Shown: positions 1 to 9,625 of the stretch, one piece after another
Numbering within the stretch: the first letter of the stretch is position 1
Layout: each line of letters starts with the position of its first letter
Assembly: GCA_047833645.1 (NCBI GenBank)
Contig: CP181259.1
Location: forward strand, 1,496,586-1,560,585
Direction: 5' to 3'
Length of the DNA: 64,000 nucleotides
From: Lactococcus sp.
Lineage (GTDB): Bacteria; Bacillota; Bacilli; Lactobacillales; Streptococcaceae
Notes under the pieces: model-generated
What the model saw: only the letters and a program-made list of their open reading frames with translations
Told to the model about the DNA's origin: nothing
Databases searched by the model: none
Program-made: the position numbers and the translations under genes

Positions 1-113
1 CGCTGGTGTCTTCAACCTTAGCAACGATTGAAAATGGCTTGAACTTGTCATTATCAGAAGGCGAAAAAATATTTATCAGTGAGATTTTAGCAGAGGCAAC
101 AAGTGTTTCCTAA
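1..113 (+). CDS. 3' end of a CDS entering from the left; possibly a LevR/ManR-type PRD-containing sigma-54 activator
   Basis: Open frame from nt 3 (LVSSTLATIENGLNLSLSEGEKIFISEILAEATSVS) to TAA at 111-113. Product is inferred from position upstream of a sigma-54 promoter and a Man-family PTS operon. Confidence 0.45.
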   Translation, partial: LVSSTLATIENGLNLSLSEGEKIFISEILAEATSVS

Positions 114-203
114 GTGACCGAAAGTGTTTTGCCTTTCTCGTGAGTGTTTTAAGAGTGTTTCAAAAGTGTTTCAAAACAAGGGGGATCTTGTCTTGGAACA
201 CTT
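102..203. promoter_or_regulatory. Candidate upstream activating sequence: five AGTGTTT repeats plus an imperfect inverted repeat
   Basis: AGTGTTT at 102, 123, 143, 154 and 165; inverted repeat AAGTGTTTCAAAACAAG...CTTGTCTTGGAACACTT at 164-203, about 70-170 bp upstream of the -24/-12 element. Confidence 0.5.
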
Positions 204-269
204 TTTTGATGACCTGAAAAGACTAGGAAATAGAAGGGTTTCGGAAAAATGTTGGGATTAAAACACTGT

Positions 270-286
270 TTGGCACGGTTCTTGCT
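270..286 (+). promoter_or_regulatory. Sigma-54 (RpoN) -24/-12 promoter
   Basis: TTGGCACGGTTCTTGCT matches TGGCAC-N5-TTGCW, with GG (272-273) and GC (284-285) correctly spaced, 42 nt upstream of the IIA start. Confidence 0.8.
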
Positions 287-327
287 CTTATATAGGTGTA
301 AAGGAAAAAAGAAAAGGAGAAAAAAGT

Positions 328-771
328 ATGACAGCAATTATTGTGAGTGGTCATGGTCAATTATCAACGGGTCTACTGGATGCTTTTGAAATGATTTTTG
401 GTCACGATGATAAAATTGTCGCTGTACCATTTCTAAAAGGAGAAGGGATCCCACAACTTCAAGCAAAATATCAGGCCGTGATGGAGCGCTTTCCAGATGA
501 GACGATTTTATTTTTAGTGGATGTCTTTGGTGGGACGCCTTATAATTCAGCAGTGCAGTTAGTCTTTGACCGACCCGCAGCAGATGTCGTGACAGGTGTG
601 AATTTGCCCATGCTACTAGAATTGGCAGCAACTAAGGAAACGAGTGATTTAGCAACACTGCGACAGCAGTTGAAGACGATTAACCAAGAAGGCTTTAAAA
701 TCTTTTCTGAAGTGATTGCAACAGTCAGTCAAGCACAAAACACAAGCGACGAGGAGGATGATTTATTATGA
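328..771 (+). CDS. PTS mannose/fructose/sorbose family IIA
   Basis: IIVSGHG (phospho-His), FLVDVFGGTPYN and VTGVNLPMLLE motifs; AGGAG RBS. Confidence 0.93.
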   Translation: MTAIIVSGHGQLSTGLLDAFEMIFGHDDKIVAVPFLKGEGIPQLQAKYQAVMERFPDETILFLVDVFGGTPYNSAVQLVFDRPAADVVTGVNLPMLLELAATKETSDLATLRQQLKTINQEGFKIFSEVIATVSQAQNTSDEEDDLL

Positions 772-1259
772 AAATTGAACTAGCAAGAATTGATGACAGA
801 TTTATTCACGGACAAGTGTTGACCAAATGGGTCAAACTTCGGCCAATCGACCGCATCATTATTGTCAGTGACAGTGTGGCAGCAGACGAAATGCGCAAGA
901 CCTTGGTTCTGTCAGTCGCTCCTGCCAATGTGGCAGCAAGTGCCGTATCGGTTGATAAAATGATTCGGGCCTACCAATCACCGAGATATGAAACGACAAC
1001 AGCCATGCTTTTATTTGAAAATCCAGAAGACATTGTTCGATTAGTCGAAGGAGGAGTTGATCTGAAAGAAGTGAACGTTGGTGGCATGCGCTTTGATGTC
1101 GCGCGCAAGCAAATTACCAAGTCTGTTTCAGTTAATGACACGGACATTGCAGCCTTTAGAAAATTAAAAGACCTAGGGGTTAAAAATGAGTTACGTCAGC
1201 TGCCTGGCGACACATCGCAAGATTTTAACGACATTTTAGAAAGTGCCTTAAAGTCATAA
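768..1259 (+). CDS. PTS mannose/fructose/sorbose family IIB
   Basis: RIDDRFIHGQV phospho-His motif; VNVGGM. Confidence 0.95.
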   Translation: MKIELARIDDRFIHGQVLTKWVKLRPIDRIIIVSDSVAADEMRKTLVLSVAPANVAASAVSVDKMIRAYQSPRYETTTAMLLFENPEDIVRLVEGGVDLKEVNVGGMRFDVARKQITKSVSVNDTDIAAFRKLKDLGVKNELRQLPGDTSQDFNDILESALKS

Positions 1260-1325
1260 GGTTTCATCACTGAACGAGTAGGTTGACAAGCTGTCAATCT
1301 CAAGTTAACAACAAGGAGGAAAAAA

Positions 1326-2120
1326 ATGAGTGTGATTCAAATTGTTTTACTATTAATTGTTGCGGGGATTACGGGTATCGGATCAGTAGTTGACGAAGCA
1401 CAAACCCATCGACCACTGGTTGCTTGTACCTTGGTTGGGATTGTTTTAGGCGATATTCAAACTGGTATTATTCTCGGCGGGACATTGGAGATGATGGCCT
1501 TGGGCTGGATGAACGTTGGACTTGCAATGGCCCCTGATACAGCCATTGCCTCTGTTATTTCTACGATTCTTGTGATTAATTCACACCAAGGTATTGGTGA
1601 AGGGATTGCGATTGCAGTCCCCCTTGCAGCAGCAGGTCAAGCTTTGACAATTTTCGTTAGAACGATCACGGTATTCTTTATTCACAAAGCGGACGACATG
1701 GCTAAAAAGGGCAACTATAAAGGTATTGAGCGGGCGCATTTGCTGGCCATGAGCTTGCAAGCGCTCCGTGTCATGATTCCAACTTTAATCATCAGTCTCA
1801 TTTCGGCAACAGCTGTTCAAAATTTCTTAAGCTCAATTCCAGAAGTCATCACACGCGGTCTTCAAATTGGTGGTGGGATCATCGTTGTCGTTGGTTATGC
1901 CATGGTCATTAACATGATGGATGTGCCTTATTTGAAACCCTTTATGTATGCAGGTTTCTTATTCGCAGCCTTTACCAACTTCAACTTGGTTGGTTTCGGT
2001 GCTTTGGGCTTGATTGCAGCCATGATTTACTTACAATTAAAATACAACGGTCAACCACAAGTAGCAGCAGCGCCTGCAGGTGTGGTATTTGATGATGATG
2101 ACGATGATTTAGACGCTTAG
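1326..2120 (+). CDS. PTS mannose/fructose/sorbose family IIC
   Basis: Hydrophobic; HRPLVACTLVG and GGTLEMMALGW motifs. Confidence 0.95.
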   Translation: MSVIQIVLLLIVAGITGIGSVVDEAQTHRPLVACTLVGIVLGDIQTGIILGGTLEMMALGWMNVGLAMAPDTAIASVISTILVINSHQGIGEGIAIAVPLAAAGQALTIFVRTITVFFIHKADDMAKKGNYKGIERAHLLAMSLQALRVMIPTLIISLISATAVQNFLSSIPEVITRGLQIGGGIIVVVGYAMVINMMDVPYLKPFMYAGFLFAAFTNFNLVGFGALGLIAAMIYLQLKYNGQPQVAAAPAGVVFDDDDDDLDA

Positions 2121-2131
2121 GAGGCAAAAAA

Positions 2132-2956
2132 ATGACTGAAAAAAGATTAACTAAAAAAGAATTAACGAGTATGTTTTTACGTTCAAACTTCCTACTAGGC
2201 TCTTTCAACTTTGAACGTGTCCAATCTCTAGGTTTCTGTTATGTGATTATTCCAGCCTTGAAAAAAATCTATCCAGAAGGCGAAGAGCGCAACCAAGCCT
2301 TGACCCGTCACTTGGAATGGTTTAATACACAACCTTGGTTGACAGCACCGATTTTCGGTGTAACAGCTGCCATGGAAGAAGAAAAAGCAAACGGACGAGA
2401 CATAGATGGTTCTGCCATTCAAGCCATGAAGATTGGGTTGATGGGACCCTTAGCAGGTGTGGGCGATCCGATTTTCTGGGGAACAGCTCGCCCCGTCTTG
2501 GCAGCCTTAGGTGGCTCGCTTGCCTTGACAGGATCGATTGCAGGCCCCTTGCTCTTCTTTATCTTGATCAACATCATCCGTTTAGCCACTAAATATTTTG
2601 GTCTCTTCTATGGTTATGAAAAAGGCATGGAAATCATTAAAGATATGGCTGGCGGCCGTATCAAGAAATTAACAGAAGGTGCCTCAATCGTCGGGTTGTT
2701 TGTCATGGGCGCCTTGATCAGCAAATGGACAAGCATCAATATCGTCTTACAAGCAACAAAAATGAAAGATGCAGCTGGTAAAGTGCAAATCCAAACTGTT
2801 CAAAACGTTTTGGATAGCATCATGCCAGGGATGTTAGCCCTTGGCTTGACCTTGTTTGTCGCTTGGTTATTGAAAAAAGGGGTCAATCCCTTACTCATCA
2901 TCATCGTTATCTTTATCATTGGGATCTTAGGCTATGCTGGTGGCATTTTAGGGTAA
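2132..2956 (+). CDS. PTS mannose/fructose/sorbose family IID
   Basis: SFNFERVQ, RHLEWFNTQP and KIGLMGPLAGVGDPIFWGT motifs. Confidence 0.95.
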   Translation: MTEKRLTKKELTSMFLRSNFLLGSFNFERVQSLGFCYVIIPALKKIYPEGEERNQALTRHLEWFNTQPWLTAPIFGVTAAMEEEKANGRDIDGSAIQAMKIGLMGPLAGVGDPIFWGTARPVLAALGGSLALTGSIAGPLLFFILINIIRLATKYFGLFYGYEKGMEIIKDMAGGRIKKLTEGASIVGLFVMGALISKWTSINIVLQATKMKDAAGKVQIQTVQNVLDSIMPGMLALGLTLFVAWLLKKGVNPLLIIIVIFIIGILGYAGGILG

Positions 2957-2968
2957 TGGTAGGGCACT

Positions 2969-3012
2969 AAAAAATAGAGTTGCGGCCGACAAGTAGCGCA
3001 ACTCTATTTTTT
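2969..3012 (+). terminator. Intrinsic terminator (bidirectional-type)
   Basis: AAAAAATAGAGTTGCG...CGCAACTCTATTTTTT perfect stem. Confidence 0.8.
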
Positions 3013-3045
3013 AGCCATATTTTTAAAGGGAGGATAGATCGTATT

Positions 3046-3864
3046 ATGGGGATTAAATTAGTCACAATAGATGTGGACGGCACCTTGCTAAACAGTCAGC
3101 GACAGATCACGCAGGAGGTCAAGACCGCCATCAGTCAAGCCAAGGCACAAGGCGTGAAAATTGTCGTGACGACGGGCAGGCCCTATCTAGGGGTCGTTGA
3201 TTTGTTGCGCGAGCTATCCTTGACAGACCCGGGCGATTACGTCATCACCTACAATGGCGGGATGATTCTGGCAGCAGATACAGGGGCTGAACTCAAGCGG
3301 ACCACCCTGACCTACCAGGACTACCTCAGAATTGACGACCTCGCGACGACCTTGGGCAGCGCCTCTCACGCCGTCACTTCGGACCGCCTTTTCACTGGTA
3401 ACCGCGACGTCTCGCCCTACACCGTGGAGGAGTCCTTTATTGCCAAAGTCCCCATGAGTTTTAGGACAAGAGAGGAGATGGCAGCCGAAAAGGCCATCAT
3501 CAAAATGATGCTGGTCGGCGAGGCAGACGCCCTAGACCAAACCATCCGCCAGATTCCGCCAGACATCAAAACCGCCTATACGACCGTTTCCAGTTCCCCG
3601 AATTTCTTTGAAATTCTCAACAAGAAAGCCAGTAAAGGCCAGGGCTTGACGCAACTTGCCAAAATCCTGGACATCCCTTTAGCCGAAACAATGGCAATTG
3701 GTGATGCCGAAAATGATTTATCGATGTTAGAGGCCGCAGGCCTAGCGATCGCCATGGGCAATGCCGTCCCAGAACTACTAGCCATTGCAGATGATCAAAC
3801 GACGACAAATGATGAACATGGCGTTGCAGTCGCCCTAGCAAAATTTGTTTTGACAGCTGATTAA
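3046..3864 (+). CDS. Cof-type HAD-IIB family phosphatase
   Basis: IDVDGTLLN, TTGR, KASKG and MAIGDAENDLSML motifs. Start moved to ATG 3046 after the GGGAGG RBS. Confidence 0.92.
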   Translation: MGIKLVTIDVDGTLLNSQRQITQEVKTAISQAKAQGVKIVVTTGRPYLGVVDLLRELSLTDPGDYVITYNGGMILAADTGAELKRTTLTYQDYLRIDDLATTLGSASHAVTSDRLFTGNRDVSPYTVEESFIAKVPMSFRTREEMAAEKAIIKMMLVGEADALDQTIRQIPPDIKTAYTTVSSSPNFFEILNKKASKGQGLTQLAKILDIPLAETMAIGDAENDLSMLEAAGLAIAMGNAVPELLAIADDQTTTNDEHGVAVALAKFVLTAD

Positions 3865-3869
3865 ACACA

Positions 3870-3930
3870 TAGGATTTGACTGATTCAAATAATTCAGACG
3901 AGTTATTGGATCAGCCAAGTCCTATTTTTT
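3870..3930 (+). terminator. Long imperfect hairpin / terminator
   Basis: TAGGATTTGACTGATTCAAATAA...TTATTGGATCAGCCAAGTCCTA followed by a T-tract. Confidence 0.6.
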
Positions 3931-4051
3931 GTTTGCTGCTGCTATCACACGAGCTAGGCCTAAAAAAACGATTAAAAAGACAGAATCATTCAAAAAGTGA
4001 CGTTTTCGATCTAAAAACACAAAAATAATGAACGAATCAGTCTAAAAAGTG

Positions 4052-4109
4052 TTGCAATCGGTCAAAAAGTGTGCTAAAATGACCTTATCAATTGATGAAA
4101 ACGATTTCT
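4052..4109 (+). promoter_or_regulatory. Sigma-70 promoter with a downstream cre-like site
   Basis: TTGCAA (4052)-17 bp-TG.TAAAAT (4075-4080); TGAAAACGATTTCT at 4096-4109 resembles the CcpA cre. Confidence 0.65.
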
Positions 4110-4130
4110 TAAAAGAAATGGAGAAACATT

Positions 4131-5123
4131 TTGAAAAAATTTTTAATCGCCGCTCATGGCAATTTAGCCTTAGGAATCAAGAGTACACTGGACTTGTTCC
4201 TGGGTGATGCACTGGATTTTACCTACCTCGCCACCTATACGGATGACGCCCCCGACTTAGATGAAACCCTCGATGATTTTTTCGCTAGCGTTGATGCCGC
4301 AACAGACCAGGCAGTCATCTTCACCGATCTTTACGGTGGCAGCGTCAATCAAAAAATCGCACTGAAAGCGAGTGGCAAAGCCAATATCTTTGTCATTGCT
4401 GGCATGAACCTGCCCTTGATTATGGAAACGGCCTCCCTGGCTTTAGCTGGTGACGCCTATGACACTGACAAAATTGCCAAACTGATCACAGGTGCCCGTC
4501 AGGAACTCAAGCAAGTCGAGCTGGTTGCAGGCACGGTCACAGATGATGTCGCTGAAATCGATCAAGAAGTGACGGAAACGGTCACATCAACGGTCACGCC
4601 AGAACTCGCAACACCTGCCCTAACAGAACGGCCTGAAACCAGCAAACAGATGACCATGCGGGTCGATGAGCGCTTGATTCATGGTCAAGTCGCCATGGTC
4701 TGGAGCAAGGCCTTGAAACTTGACGGCATTGTCGTGGCCAATGATGATGTCGTGACCAATCAGATGCAAGAAAACGCCTTACGGATGGCAGCGCCTAATG
4801 GCATTAAAGTCATCATGCGCTCACTTGAAGACAGCGTGGCTCTCTTGAACGACCACCGCTCAGCCACCAAAAACCTCCTCGTCTTGGTTAGAACGGTCAA
4901 AGATGCCGTCACCCTTGCCGCAAAAGTTGCCCATTTTGACCGCATTAATGTCGGCAATGTCGGTAAAATGGTAGAAGGTGAGAAGCAAAAACTAGCACCA
5001 ACAGTCTTATTAACCCAGCCAGAAGTCATTGCCCTGAAAACATTGACAGAAATTTATCCCGAAACGGACTTTCAAATGGTCCCAACGGATAAAAAAGAAT
5101 TGGCCAAAACTTTCGTCTCGTAA
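4131..5123 (+). CDS. PTS mannose-family fused IIAB
   Basis: N-terminal IAAHG/TDLYGGS IIA, Thr/Pro-rich linker, C-terminal RVDERLIHGQV IIB; TTG start. Confidence 0.93.
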   Translation: MKKFLIAAHGNLALGIKSTLDLFLGDALDFTYLATYTDDAPDLDETLDDFFASVDAATDQAVIFTDLYGGSVNQKIALKASGKANIFVIAGMNLPLIMETASLALAGDAYDTDKIAKLITGARQELKQVELVAGTVTDDVAEIDQEVTETVTSTVTPELATPALTERPETSKQMTMRVDERLIHGQVAMVWSKALKLDGIVVANDDVVTNQMQENALRMAAPNGIKVIMRSLEDSVALLNDHRSATKNLLVLVRTVKDAVTLAAKVAHFDRINVGNVGKMVEGEKQKLAPTVLLTQPEVIALKTLTEIYPETDFQMVPTDKKELAKTFVS

Positions 5124-5157
5124 GCGCACGGACGTATCATAACTAAAGGAGAAAAAT

Positions 5158-5982
5158 ATGTTATACGAAGCTATCGCCGTCGCACTCGTTGTCTTTTTGA
5201 CAGTTGGCGGTCAGGAATTATTAGGCTTTACCATGTTGGGCCGTCCCATTGTCATTGCGCCACTGGTTGGTTTGCTCTTGGGCGATTTGCAGACAGGTTT
5301 GCTTGTTGGTGCCGCACTTGAAACGATTTTTATGGGGGTGGTCAATATCGGTGGCGCAGCAGCAGCTGAACCGGGACTTGCCTCAGCCCTTGCGGCAGCC
5401 TTCGCCATCAAGCTGGGCGGTGGGACAGAATATGCGATCACACTTGCCCTACCCTTAGGCATTATCGGTTTACAGATTAAACAACTCTTATATATCGCCG
5501 TTGTCGCCCCTCTTTCCGTGAAATTTGACGACTATGCCAAGGCAGGCAATGCCAAAGCCTATACGCGCTTGCATTTCGGAATTTGGGGGCTTAACTGGGG
5601 CTGTTACAGTCTGATTCCCTTCTTTGCCATTCTCTTTGGCGCTAAAGCGACTGAGTCAGCTTTGAAACTCATTCCGGAAGTCATCATGCACGGTCTCAGC
5701 GTTGCCGGTAATCTCTTGCCAGCAGTCGGCATGGCCATGCTCCTTAAAATGCTCTGGGACAATAAAATCGCGGCTTACTTTTTCCTCGGTTTCATCGTGA
5801 TTGCCTATCTTAAAGTCCCACTCATTGCCGTTTCGGCACTTGCCATTATTATTGCAGTGATTGTGGCCCAAAACGACATGGCGCTTAAGACAGTCAAGGA
5901 TCAAATCGGACGTGGCGTCAAAAGCTTAGGGCAAAAGTCGACTGACCCTAAACAACAAGAAGTCGAAGATTTCTACGCTTAA
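5158..5982 (+). CDS. PTS mannose-family IIC
   Basis: RPIVIAPLVGLLLGD and GAALETIFMGVVNIGGA motifs. Confidence 0.93.
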   Translation: MLYEAIAVALVVFLTVGGQELLGFTMLGRPIVIAPLVGLLLGDLQTGLLVGAALETIFMGVVNIGGAAAAEPGLASALAAAFAIKLGGGTEYAITLALPLGIIGLQIKQLLYIAVVAPLSVKFDDYAKAGNAKAYTRLHFGIWGLNWGCYSLIPFFAILFGAKATESALKLIPEVIMHGLSVAGNLLPAVGMAMLLKMLWDNKIAAYFFLGFIVIAYLKVPLIAVSALAIIIAVIVAQNDMALKTVKDQIGRGVKSLGQKSTDPKQQEVEDFYA

Positions 5983-6006
5983 CCCTTGACGAGAAAGGAA
6001 GAAAAA

Positions 6007-6828
6007 ATGGCAAAATCAACATTAACACAAGATGAAAAGAAATTACTGAAACAAGTTTACTGGCGCTCATTCACGGAGTTTGCATCCGTTACCCCGACCA
6101 AACTCGGCGGCTCAGGTGTGACCTATGCCATGCTCCCGTTTATCGACAAATACTACAAGACGGACGAGGAAAAGCGCGACGCCATGGTGCGCCACAATGC
6201 CTACTTCAACACGACAGTCGCGACCTATCCCTTTGTCCTAGGCGTTGCCGGGTCAATGGAGAAGGAAAATGCAGAACAGGCAGATTTCGATGCAGAGTCT
6301 ATCTCAGCGATCAAAACCAGCTTAATGGGGCCACTCTCAGGATTAGGAGATTCGATTTTCTGGGGCGTCTTGCGTGTCATCGCAGCTGGGATCGCCGTCT
6401 CACTAGCCAATCAAGACAATCCCTTTGCCCCAATCGTCTTTCTCCTGGTCTTTAATATCCCAACACAATTAACCCGTTGGTACGCAGGAAAAGTCGGCTA
6501 TACACTCGGGTCAACTTACATTTCTGATCTTTACGAGTCAGGGATGATGGCTGTTTTAACTAAAGCTGCGTCTATCGTGGGGATTACCATGGTTGGCGCT
6601 ATGGCTGCCAGCATGGTCAAGTTTGATGTCAAATGGAATATGCTGATCAATGGCAAAGCCGTCATGAAATCTCAGGAGATGTTGGATTCAATTTTCATCG
6701 GGATTCTACCACTTGCCTTCACCTTGATTTGTTTCTGGTTGATTGCCAAGAAAAATGTCTCGATCAATAAAATGATCATGGGTGTGATTGTCTTTGGGAT
6801 CCTCGCATCCTTTCTAGGCATCGCTTAA
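6007..6828 (+). CDS. PTS mannose-family IID
   Basis: RHNAYFNTT and KTSLMGPLSGLGDSIFWG motifs; start at ATG 6007. Confidence 0.93.
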   Translation: MAKSTLTQDEKKLLKQVYWRSFTEFASVTPTKLGGSGVTYAMLPFIDKYYKTDEEKRDAMVRHNAYFNTTVATYPFVLGVAGSMEKENAEQADFDAESISAIKTSLMGPLSGLGDSIFWGVLRVIAAGIAVSLANQDNPFAPIVFLLVFNIPTQLTRWYAGKVGYTLGSTYISDLYESGMMAVLTKAASIVGITMVGAMAASMVKFDVKWNMLINGKAVMKSQEMLDSIFIGILPLAFTLICFWLIAKKNVSINKMIMGVIVFGILASFLGIA

Positions 6829-6852
6829 AGGGCGCATGAAAGGGGAAAGAAA

Positions 6853-8523
6853 GTGAAAAATAAGCGAAATAAATGGTGGCAAGATGCCGTGATTTACCAG
6901 GTCTATCCCAAAAGTTTTAAGGATACGACTGGCTCAGGCGTTGGGGATATCGCAGGGATCATCGACAAACTACCTTACCTCGAGACACTAGGGGTGGATG
7001 GCCTCTGGCTGAGTCCAGTGTATCTATCCCCACAAGTTGATAATGGGTATGATATCACGGATTATCGTGTGGTTGATCCCATGTTCGGCAGCAATGAAGA
7101 GCTATATCGCTTAATCGAGGCGGCACATGATAAAAATATCAAGATTATCATGGATTTTGTCGCCAATCACACGTCGGATCAGTGCGTTTGGTTTCAGGAG
7201 AGTCGCAAGGGGACGGATAATTTCTTTAGCGATTTTTACATCTGGCGGGATGCCACGCCCGATGGCTCTGAACCTAATAACTGGGGCTCGAGTTTCGGCG
7301 GTAGCGCCTGGACTTGGGATGACCAGCGCGGCCAGTACTACCTGCACTATTATGCGGCCGAGCAGCCCGATCTCAACTGGGAGAATCCGAATGTACGTGC
7401 CTATATCTACGACATGATGCGTTTTTGGAAGCAAAAAGGTGTCGACGGCTGGCGCATGGATGTGATTACCTCGATTTCCAAGGATCAGGCTTTTCCGGAT
7501 AATGCGCGTGACTTGACGACAACGAATCAACAAAACGGGCCACGACTGCATGAATTTATCCATGAGATGAATCAAGAAATCCTAACGCCACTGGATATGA
7601 TGACAGTGGGTGAAAGTCCTGCCGCCAAAAGTTGGGATGCTTGGGAACTGGTCAGTCCAGAGCGTGAAGAATTGGATATGATTTTCACCTTTGAGCACAT
7701 GCACATCGACCGTAAATCCGGTGATGTCAATGGTCGTTGGGCTTTGCAAGACCGTGACTTGGTCAAACTCAAAGCCATTTTATCCAACTGGCAGCTTGAA
7801 TTACGAGATAAGGGGTGGAATGCCTTGTATTTCGAGAATCATGACCGGGCGCGCGTGATTAGCCGTTGGGGCAATGATACGACCTATCGCTATGAATGTG
7901 CGACAGCTTTTGCGACGATTTTACATGGTCTGCAAGGGACACCTTTTATTTATCAAGGTGAAGAAATCGGCATGACCAATCCGGCCTTTGAGCTAGATGA
8001 GTATGTGGATATTGAGCTCAAAGGCAACTATCAGCACTTTGTTGTCGATCAAGAAACGATGACAGCCCCAGATTTTTTAGCTGCGGTGCATAAGATCTCT
8101 CGTGACAATGCCAGAACGCCCATGCAGTGGGATGATTCCGAAAACGCAGGTTTTACCACAGGGAGACCTTGGTTTAAGGTCAATCCCAATTATCCAGAAA
8201 TCAATGTCGCTCAGGATTTGAAAGCTGAAAAATCAGTCTTTAAGTACTATCAAGTGCTGATTCGCTTGCGAAAAACTGAAGATCTCTTAAAAACTGGGAC
8301 TTACGAGTTGCTTTTACCAGACGATCAAAATATTTTCGCTTATTTACGACAAAATGGCAGTAAAACATGGCTTATCCTCGCCAATTTATCAGAAAACATG
8401 ATAAAATTAGAGGAGTTAATGCCTCTCCCTGATGTTAAAGCCATGCTTCTCGCCAATTATCGTGACCGCACGAATTTGACTGAGACTTTGCGAGCTTATG
8501 AGGCAGTTATCGTAGAAATTTAA
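6853..8523 (+). CDS. GH13 alpha-glucosidase (oligo-1,6-glucosidase / trehalose-6-phosphate hydrolase-like)
   Basis: WWQDAVIYQVYPKSF, DNGYDITDY, DFVANHTS, GWRMDVI, ENHD and RDNARTPMQW motifs. Confidence 0.92.
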   Translation: MKNKRNKWWQDAVIYQVYPKSFKDTTGSGVGDIAGIIDKLPYLETLGVDGLWLSPVYLSPQVDNGYDITDYRVVDPMFGSNEELYRLIEAAHDKNIKIIMDFVANHTSDQCVWFQESRKGTDNFFSDFYIWRDATPDGSEPNNWGSSFGGSAWTWDDQRGQYYLHYYAAEQPDLNWENPNVRAYIYDMMRFWKQKGVDGWRMDVITSISKDQAFPDNARDLTTTNQQNGPRLHEFIHEMNQEILTPLDMMTVGESPAAKSWDAWELVSPEREELDMIFTFEHMHIDRKSGDVNGRWALQDRDLVKLKAILSNWQLELRDKGWNALYFENHDRARVISRWGNDTTYRYECATAFATILHGLQGTPFIYQGEEIGMTNPAFELDEYVDIELKGNYQHFVVDQETMTAPDFLAAVHKISRDNARTPMQWDDSENAGFTTGRPWFKVNPNYPEINVAQDLKAEKSVFKYYQVLIRLRKTEDLLKTGTYELLLPDDQNIFAYLRQNGSKTWLILANLSENMIKLEELMPLPDVKAMLLANYRDRTNLTETLRAYEAVIVEI

Positions 8524-8529
8524 GGAAGT

Positions 8530-9282
8530 GTGAGCATGAAGACAAGCGACCGGCGCAAGTTAATTTTAGATTTACTGGATCAGGCAGAAATGGTCAAAAC
8601 ACAGGAGTTAATGAAGACCTTTGATGCCAGTGAGTCCACGATTCGCAGGGATTTGACGGTACTGGCTGAAAACGGTAAAATCGTTCGCGTGCACGGCGGT
8701 GCCATTGGCGTTGACCTCTATAACTACGGCTTGACCGTTGAGAAAAGGCAGATCGAGTATATTGAAGACAAGCAAAAAATCGCCAAAGCGGCGAGTGCGG
8801 TGGTCAAAGATCGCGAACTGATTTTTCTCGATGCCTCGACCACCGTTGGCGAGATGATCCCCTATCTAGCGGGTAAAAAAATCAAAGCCGTCACCAATTC
8901 CCCGATTCATGCCCAACGGTGCTATGAACACGGCATCCCAGTTTACGTCATCGGTGGCGAGTTAAGACAAGCGACCGACGCCGTCATCGGTGCCGTCGCC
9001 AATCAACAAGTCAGCGACTTCTTCTTTAACCGCGCCTTCATGGGCACCAACGGCATCAATGCCGAGTTCGGCTACTCGACGCCCGACCCAGAAGAAGCCC
9101 TGATGAAACGCATCGTCATGCGCCATGCCATCAAAAGCTATGTCCTAGCGGACGAGTCTAAATTCAACCGCGTCGCCTTCACCAAGGTGTCTGAGCTTGA
9201 AGAAGCGATGATCATCACCACAACCTTAGCAGACGAAGACCGAGACAAATTTAGTCGAAAGACCAAGATTGCTGAAGTCTGA
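8530..9282 (+). CDS. DeoR/GlpR family transcriptional regulator
   Basis: SESTIRRDL HTH; FLDASTT, VTNS and AFMGTNG sensor motifs. Start is GTG 8530 or ATG 8536. Confidence 0.93.
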   Translation: MSMKTSDRRKLILDLLDQAEMVKTQELMKTFDASESTIRRDLTVLAENGKIVRVHGGAIGVDLYNYGLTVEKRQIEYIEDKQKIAKAASAVVKDRELIFLDASTTVGEMIPYLAGKKIKAVTNSPIHAQRCYEHGIPVYVIGGELRQATDAVIGAVANQQVSDFFFNRAFMGTNGINAEFGYSTPDPEEALMKRIVMRHAIKSYVLADESKFNRVAFTKVSELEEAMIITTTLADEDRDKFSRKTKIAEV

Positions 9283-9315
9283 GTTTGATGAGAGACTAGA
9301 ACCCCCTATCAATGC

Positions 9316-9452
9316 GAGGCTGGGACAAAAGTCTCAGAAATATGAAAACCGCATGAAATTCGTTTTTAAAAACGTTGATTTCATACGGTTTTTGTATTTT
9401 AACTGTGTCCAAAATCTAGCGAATTTGGACTTTTGTCCCAGTCTCTTTTTTT
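9316..9452. repeat. 130-bp multi-hairpin intergenic element with terminal inverted repeats
   Basis: GAGGCTGGGACAAAAGTC (9316) / GACTTTTGTCCCAGTCTC (9428-9445), 17/18 match; two internal hairpins; T-tract after. Confidence 0.7.
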
Positions 9453-9625
9453 GTTATGTTTAAATTTTATTTTTTATTAATGCTTTGGTTTTTATTATCA
9501 TATTAGTTTTGTGTTTAAGGGAATTATGTTAAAATAGAAGTGAATAATAAGAATAGTTTCACATCAATTGATAAAAATAAGTCAAGATAGATAGAACTAT
9601 CTATTAAAATTTGCACAGTAAATAC

